Positions 58,991 through 64,000 of a DNA stretch of 64,000 nt are shown here, piece after piece (position 1 is the first letter of the stretch; each line of letters opens with the position of its first letter). The translations under genes and the position numbers were made by a program. The stretch comes from Candidatus Cloacimonadales bacterium (GTDB lineage: Bacteria > Cloacimonadota > Cloacimonadia > Cloacimonadales > JAFGVF01), in assembly GCA_963677495.2 (NCBI GenBank), contig CAXXOU010000001.1, positions 320,001 through 384,000 on the forward strand, in the 5' to 3' direction. A model generated the notes under the pieces. The model did no database searches. It saw nothing but the letters and a program-made list of their open reading frames with translations, and was not told the origin of the DNA.

Positions 58991-60220
58991 CTAATTCTCA
59001 ACTCTAACAATCCCGGTCAATAACAGTTGCATCATACCCCTCTTCTGCTCCTGCAATAACTCTAATTGTTGCTCTAATAATTCTATTTCTTTATCAGCTT
59101 TTGATAATATTCTAGCGATGGCTATTTGTTCTGGAATGGATGGAAGTTTAACCCACAATTTCTTTATTATTTGTGCAGATAAGTTACCTTGACCACCTTG
59201 TAGATAGGTCGCAACTATTCGTTCTTTGTTAAATTTCAGTAAGGTGTATAGATAATAATCATTCTCCGAACTTCGAATGCATAATACAGCTTGGTTAATT
59301 GCTCCATCAATTTTACTTATTGCAACTTCTCCACTTGTTGCTCCATATAGTGCATATAAGATATCTCCCTGGTTAACTAATTTTGCTGAAGAACTAGATA
59401 ATGCGGTCTTATTTATATAGGTATTTACACTTGCATCAGTAATGTTCCCTGAACCAATGAATGGTATATCACCTATATAATAGTTAGAGTTTGATCTTAA
59501 GGGTGTACCTCCAGAAAAAAAACTCGCTACCTCCCCCAACCTAACCTCTTTCCATTCATCATCAAACTCAAGTCCGGTATCGGGATTTACGACTCTTTTT
59601 TCCCCGGTTAAGAGGAGTTGCATCAGTCCTTTCTTTTGTAGCTTTTTCTGTTTAATTAGCTCTTTCTTTAGCTCAATCGCTTTATCCCAAGTCGTTAGTA
59701 TCTCTGCTATCTTCTTTTGCTCGGGGAGAGATGGCTTCAAATACTTGTATCCTTTAAAGCTTTGTCCGGTTAGCTGTGGTATACCACCACTTTCAAAGAA
59801 TACCTTAATTTTATGTTCAATATAGATACATATAAATTGAGCATCATTATTGTTATCCGGATAGATTATCAAAAGCCTCCCTACTGCCCCAAAACTTGTA
59901 TTTCTGTAAAAAGGAGTTCCTAAACCTATACCTCTTCCAACAACAGTAACACAATCCCCTTTATACTGAGCTTCTGCATAAAATCCGTATAACCCTTCAT
60001 TCGCAACTGTATTAGAAAATACAGGATATTTATGCATAGAATCATATTTGTTTGAGTAGATGGATTCGTTCAAATCTTTAGCTACTTTAATAGATGCATT
60101 ATCTCCAAATTTAACATATTCCCACTCTACCGGCACAATCCCAATTTTAGTTTTCTTATAACCTTGGGGGACAATCCCGTTTCGGATATCATCTAAGCGT
60201 TGTTTTATTTCAGGATTCAT
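58991..60220 (-). CDS. hsdS: Type I R-M specificity subunit
   Basis: GYKKTKIGIVPVEW; two TRDs, each followed by a conserved helix (PSLPEQKKIAEIL / PSIPEQIAIARIL...MQLLLTG). Confidence 0.95.
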   Translation of the reverse strand: MNPEIKQRLDDIRNGIVPQGYKKTKIGIVPVEWEYVKFGDNASIKVAKDLNESIYSNKYDSMHKYPVFSNTVANEGLYGFYAEAQYKGDCVTVVGRGIGLGTPFYRNTSFGAVGRLLIIYPDNNNDAQFICIYIEHKIKVFFESGGIPQLTGQSFKGYKYLKPSLPEQKKIAEILTTWDKAIELKKELIKQKKLQKKGLMQLLLTGEKRVVNPDTGLEFDDEWKEVRLGEVASFFSGGTPLRSNSNYYIGDIPFIGSGNITDASVNTYINKTALSSSSAKLVNQGDILYALYGATSGEVAISKIDGAINQAVLCIRSSENDYYLYTLLKFNKERIVATYLQGGQGNLSAQIIKKLWVKLPSIPEQIAIARILSKADKEIELLEQQLELLQEQKRGMMQLLLTGIVRVEN

Positions 60221-61059
60221 TTATTATCCTCTTCCAATCGCTTTTGTGTTTCTTTCTCAATCTTCTTCACTGATTTAGTGGGAGTAGGCAAATCCTCAGG
60301 CATAGAACCTCCGATATCTTCAATAGCTTTGCGAACCTTTCTTCCGACTTCCCGGTGGGTTTTATTGGCATTATCTTTGCCTCTGATATTCTCTTTTCTG
60401 AGTATCTCTTCAGTTTGAGTAGCTCTAAAGAGGTTGGCAGCAAGTTCAGTACTTCCCATATAATCAAGGATTTTGTGGCTTTTTTTGAGTCCTTTCTTTG
60501 CATGTATATCTTTAGCAGTCATCCCTCCATAAAGTCCCATATAACCGTAGTTTTGGAAGATAGCATAATCTCTTCCTGCTTCCACACCGGCATCTTTGGC
60601 AGCATCAGCAAGATGCTTATTATGCTCCGCCAAGTCTTTACGAATTGCAAGTCGCTTTTGTTCTTCGGTAAGTTGTTCAAACTTTTCCTGCATCTCCTGC
60701 TTTCGAGTCTGAATAGCAAAATATGTTTTACCGAGAGCTACAACTTCTTTACGGGAATCAGCTTCTTGGATTATAAGGTAACAAGCATAACGAGACAGTG
60801 CGTAATCTTCAACTTCACGTTTAGCACCTTTCGGAAGTTTTATCATTTTGCCGACGTCGGCAAAATGATCTACAACCTCATTACCGCTATTGTTACAAGC
60901 AACTTTTGCTTTCTCTATTACTCTGACAAAGTTACTCCATTTGGAATATTCAAGCACATCCGAGAGTTCTCTTGCAAACCAAAATTCGGAACCAAACTTA
61001 TTTATCTTCTTGATACTCTCAAACACAGAATCATCACTATTCATTATCTCTTTTGTCAT
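60217..61059 (-). CDS. dinD: DNA-damage-inducible protein D (BRO-N-like N-terminus)
   Basis: FESIKK...EFWFARELSDVLEYSKWSNF, LSRYACYLI, YFAIQTRKQE, ILDYMGSTELAANLFRATQTE, MPEDLPTP. Confidence 0.9.
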   Translation of the reverse strand: MTKEIMNSDDSVFESIKKINKFGSEFWFARELSDVLEYSKWSNFVRVIEKAKVACNNSGNEVVDHFADVGKMIKLPKGAKREVEDYALSRYACYLIIQEADSRKEVVALGKTYFAIQTRKQEMQEKFEQLTEEQKRLAIRKDLAEHNKHLADAAKDAGVEAGRDYAIFQNYGYMGLYGGMTAKDIHAKKGLKKSHKILDYMGSTELAANLFRATQTEEILRKENIRGKDNANKTHREVGRKVRKAIEDIGGSMPEDLPTPTKSVKKIEKETQKRLEEDNK

Positions 61060-61068
61060 CTTGTCCTC

Positions 61069-62604
61069 CTACAGACCAAGTTCATTTAAATATTGTTGCA
61101 TTTTTTCTTCAACTTCCTGAAGTTCAGTCTTAATACGCACAATATTCTCTTTTACTGCATCCATATCAACCGGTTCTTCCTCTTCGAAGGTATCAACATA
61201 GCGTGGGATATTGAGGTTATAATCGTTCTCTTTGATTTCATCCAAAGTTGCAACGAATGAGTATTTATCAGTTGTTTTATACTCTTCGTAATGCTTCACA
61301 ATCTTGCTAATATTCTCAGTAAGTAGTTTATTCTGATTCTTATCTTTACTAAACTCTTTGGAAGCATCAATAAAGAGTATGTTAGTATTAGGTCGATTCT
61401 GCTTAAATACCAAGATAACTGCCGGAATACCTGTACCAAAGAAAAGGTTTTCCGGTAATCCTATAACAGCATCGAGTACATTATTATCGATAATATTCTT
61501 TCTTATCTTACCTTCAGATGCCCCTCTAAAGAGTACACCATGTGGAAGCACAACAGCCATTCGTCCATCCTCTGAAAGACTATTCAACATGTGGAGAACA
61601 AAGGCATAGTCACCTTTTGACTTAGGAGGGACTCCCCATTCAAAGCGTCTGAACTTATCAAGAGAGCTTTCCATCTTGAAACTGTCTTTCTTTTTAGTCT
61701 CAGATGTTTCTCCATGGTCAAAGCCCTTTGCCCATTTATCGAGTGAGAAGGGAGGGTTTGCAACTACAACCTGAAACTTCATCAAACGACCCTCTTTTGT
61801 ATGAAGCGGATTAGCAATTGTATCACCCCATTCAATCTTAGCATCATCAATGTTATGTAGAAACATATTCATCTTACAGAGGGCATGCGTGCTACCGTTA
61901 CGCTCTTGACCGTAAATCTGTACTTTGGAGACATTTGTTTCTTTGGCAGCTTTTATCAGCAAGGAACCAGATCCGCAAGTGGGATCATATATTCTGTCAT
62001 TCTCTTGAGGTTTCACAAGCTTAGCGAGTAAGGTTGAGACTTCTCCCGGTGTGAAGAACTCACCACCCTTTTTGCCTGCATCAGATGCAAAGCGAGAGAT
62101 TAGATACTCATAAGCATCTCCAATCACATCATTATTACCAATCTTCGATGGTCTTAGGTCTAAAGAATCTGCGTTGAAGTCTTCTAAAAGATGTTTTAGC
62201 ATAGGATTGCGTTCTTTGGTTTTGCCTAACATCGCCTCAGAGTTGAAGTCAATGTTCCTGAAAACACCTCGCAACTTTATTTTATTATCTTCCTCTACTC
62301 TATCCAATGCTTTGTTAATAATCTCTCCGATATTATCAGCGTTTCTATTGTTGTAAAGATAGTCAAAAGTACACTCTTCATCGAGTAAAAAGCGTTCATT
62401 CTTTAAAGCACGCTTAACTCTTTGAATATCGCCCTTATACTTCTTGTCATACTCTTCCAAATGCTCCTTATATGTATCGCTAAGATACTTAATAAACAAC
62501 ATCACGAGGATATAGTCTTTATATTGGGAAGAACCGATAATTCCTCTAAATGTATCACAAGCTTTCCAAAGAGTTTCATTTATAGTTTGTTGATTTGTTT
62601 GCAT
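61069..62604 (-). CDS. hsdM: Type I R-M methyltransferase subunit (N6-adenine type)
   Basis: LWKACDTFRG, GEFFTP, YDPTCGSGSLL (motif I), ANPPF (motif IV), LPHGVLFRG, YNLNIPRYV. Confidence 0.97.
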   Translation of the reverse strand: MQTNQQTINETLWKACDTFRGIIGSSQYKDYILVMLFIKYLSDTYKEHLEEYDKKYKGDIQRVKRALKNERFLLDEECTFDYLYNNRNADNIGEIINKALDRVEEDNKIKLRGVFRNIDFNSEAMLGKTKERNPMLKHLLEDFNADSLDLRPSKIGNNDVIGDAYEYLISRFASDAGKKGGEFFTPGEVSTLLAKLVKPQENDRIYDPTCGSGSLLIKAAKETNVSKVQIYGQERNGSTHALCKMNMFLHNIDDAKIEWGDTIANPLHTKEGRLMKFQVVVANPPFSLDKWAKGFDHGETSETKKKDSFKMESSLDKFRRFEWGVPPKSKGDYAFVLHMLNSLSEDGRMAVVLPHGVLFRGASEGKIRKNIIDNNVLDAVIGLPENLFFGTGIPAVILVFKQNRPNTNILFIDASKEFSKDKNQNKLLTENISKIVKHYEEYKTTDKYSFVATLDEIKENDYNLNIPRYVDTFEEEEPVDMDAVKENIVRIKTELQEVEEKMQQYLNELGL

Positions 62605-63194
62605 TATTTTTTCTCCTTATCTGATATCAGGGATTCAATTACCGAGTTGCTTAGTACCTGTTTTGCATTCAGCAACTCTTCGAGAAGCTCAATCTCTTTA
62701 TGAGCTGTATTAGAAATATCTATAATTCGTTGTTGAGTTTCTATGGTAGGGATTATTACATCAAGCTCTGCAATAGTTTTAATGCTAATTGTGCTGATTG
62801 TGCTTTGCGAAACGTGTCTAACTAATTGTCTCATAGCTTGCTTTGAGTTTAGATAAATACAGAGGTATTCAGGCAACACTTTTTCTGAAATCTCTTTCAA
62901 AACATACAAGTTAGAAGTAACAATCAGGTTCTCTGCATTTTGCTCAATCACGGAAGCAGAAAAAGGTTCACTACTCCTCATCACAATATCATTGTACTCA
63001 GTCAGGTATCGAGGATTTACGGATTCCTCAACCTTCGTTTCCTCTAATTCCTTAAAATCTATCTTTCCATCTCCCTTTAAACTTTTGACAGTAATGTATC
63101 TATAGGCATATCCCTCCAATGGTTCTTTACTCTTCTTAAGCCTATTCAAAACCACTCCCGACCTTGATACATTCACCAAATCCTTAAGTTTCAA
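62604..63194 (-). CDS. Half-size HsdS-like protein (single TRD + conserved helix)
   Basis: MKLKDLV..., DIVM, VLPEYLCIYLNS, IPTIETQQRII; 196 aa; TTG start after GAGGAG; stop overlaps the hsdM start. Confidence 0.75.
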   Translation of the reverse strand: MKLKDLVNVSRSGVVLNRLKKSKEPLEGYAYRYITVKSLKGDGKIDFKELEETKVEESVNPRYLTEYNDIVMRSSEPFSASVIEQNAENLIVTSNLYVLKEISEKVLPEYLCIYLNSKQAMRQLVRHVSQSTISTISIKTIAELDVIIPTIETQQRIIDISNTAHKEIELLEELLNAKQVLSNSVIESLISDKEKK

Positions 63195-63478
63195 GCAAAC
63201 TCTCCTCTTATGTTTTATTTCGTTATGACATATTTTCTATTTATATTTACTTGTCAAGGATATTCTTGTTTTATTCCTTTATGACAAAATTGCTTATCTG
63301 TTATGCAGCTCTGAAACTTTGTATTCATCCATAAGACTAACTATGATCTAATTTGCTAAAAGGTATTCCCAAAGATAACTTCAAAGTAGTGAAACAAGAC
63401 TCAATTTACTTGTTATCGTTCTTCCCTCATTTTCGATATCGCAAACTTGATGTACACTATCCAACAAAACGCAGTCAT

Positions 63479-63574
63479 CCCACTGTTCTCCCACTGTGCA
63501 CGCACTGTGAACCCAGTGAAACAGTGGGTTGGCAGTGCCTTCACAGTGCGTGCACAGTGCAAACACAGTGGGTT
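63479..63574. repeat. 11-bp-periodic inverted array (CACTG/CAGTG core)
   Basis: CACTG at 63481, 63492 and 63503; CAGTG at 63522, 63533, 63544, 63555 and 63566. Confidence 0.82.
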
Positions 63575-63659
63575 GATGAAAAGTGCAGTTAAAGAGAGGA
63601 AAAAGGGCAATAAATATAGCTAAGTTGTTGCAAATGCCACTGCGTATGCATTCAGAATC

Positions 63660-63753
63660 TGGAGTCATAGCGAGTTTACGAGTTGGACTCATAGCGGAAC
63701 ATGACAAGAATAGATCACTATGAGTCCAACTCCCTTTGGTCGCTATGACTCCA
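63660..63753. repeat. GGAGTCATAGCGA-family inverted-repeat element (complete pair)
   Basis: TGGAGTCATAGCGAGTTTACGAGTTGGACTCATAG ... CTATGAGTCCAACTCCCTTTGGTCGCTATGACTCCA. Confidence 0.82.
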
Positions 63754-64000
63754 ATGATGTAAATTGTTGCAAATGGCACTGTGTAGATGATCTGAAGCAA
63801 TCACCAGTACGCTTGAAAGGAGCTAGCTTTATAAATTAAAACAACTTCGAGTTCAGGGATTTTAAAAGAAATACTGCTTATTAGGCTGATAATCCGAATA
63901 GAGCAAAGATAGTTCTTTTATACTAAACTATTCTTTACATATTTATCGATATTTGAATCCCGAATTACATTATTTCTTGCTTTTCCTAATCAAAGACAGT

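Noticed and set aside
60355..61089. 244-aa + strand ORF
   Set aside because: It is an antisense shadow of dinD with no recognisable motif.
58991..63194. Phase-variable hsdS shufflon
   Set aside because: Both S-like genes are on the same strand, and no invertase or shared inverted repeats were seen.
63353..63800. Cys/His-rich ORFs (e.g. CTHC) upstream of the R-M operon
   Set aside because: They are translations of the CACTG/CAGTG 11-bp array, not credible zinc-finger or heme proteins.

Overview
A 64-kb, AT-rich chromosomal window from a Gram-negative (lpxB-positive) bacterium. Seven secreted proteins end in an NYPNPFNP-type FlgD-Ig / T9SS-type-A-like C-terminal domain, which suggests Candidatus Cloacimonadota or another FCB-group lineage (inference). 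It carries housekeeping genes (nadB 3' end, tmk, S41 protease, pyk, rimO, glnS, rpmB, lpxB, phoB/phoR-like pair), secreted peptidases and adhesin-like proteins, and a beta-barrel plus two-DOMON cluster. At the right end is a Type I restriction-modification operon (half-hsdS, hsdM, dinD, hsdS, DUF3800, hsdR, M48/YgjP). The strongest candidate for an undescribed system is a DUF3800 (predicted RNase H-like) gene in the hsdS-hsdR slot. It faces a convergent, apparently self-promoted ~60-nt two-hairpin RNA that ends at the gene's stop codon. The long intergenic regions are mosaics of several palindromic repeat families. These include REPIN-like units and inverted arrays with an exact 11-bp period but different core motifs, two of which carry perfect DnaA boxes. 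No tRNA, rRNA, CRISPR array or transposase was recognised. All family assignments come from motif reading by eye, not database searches.
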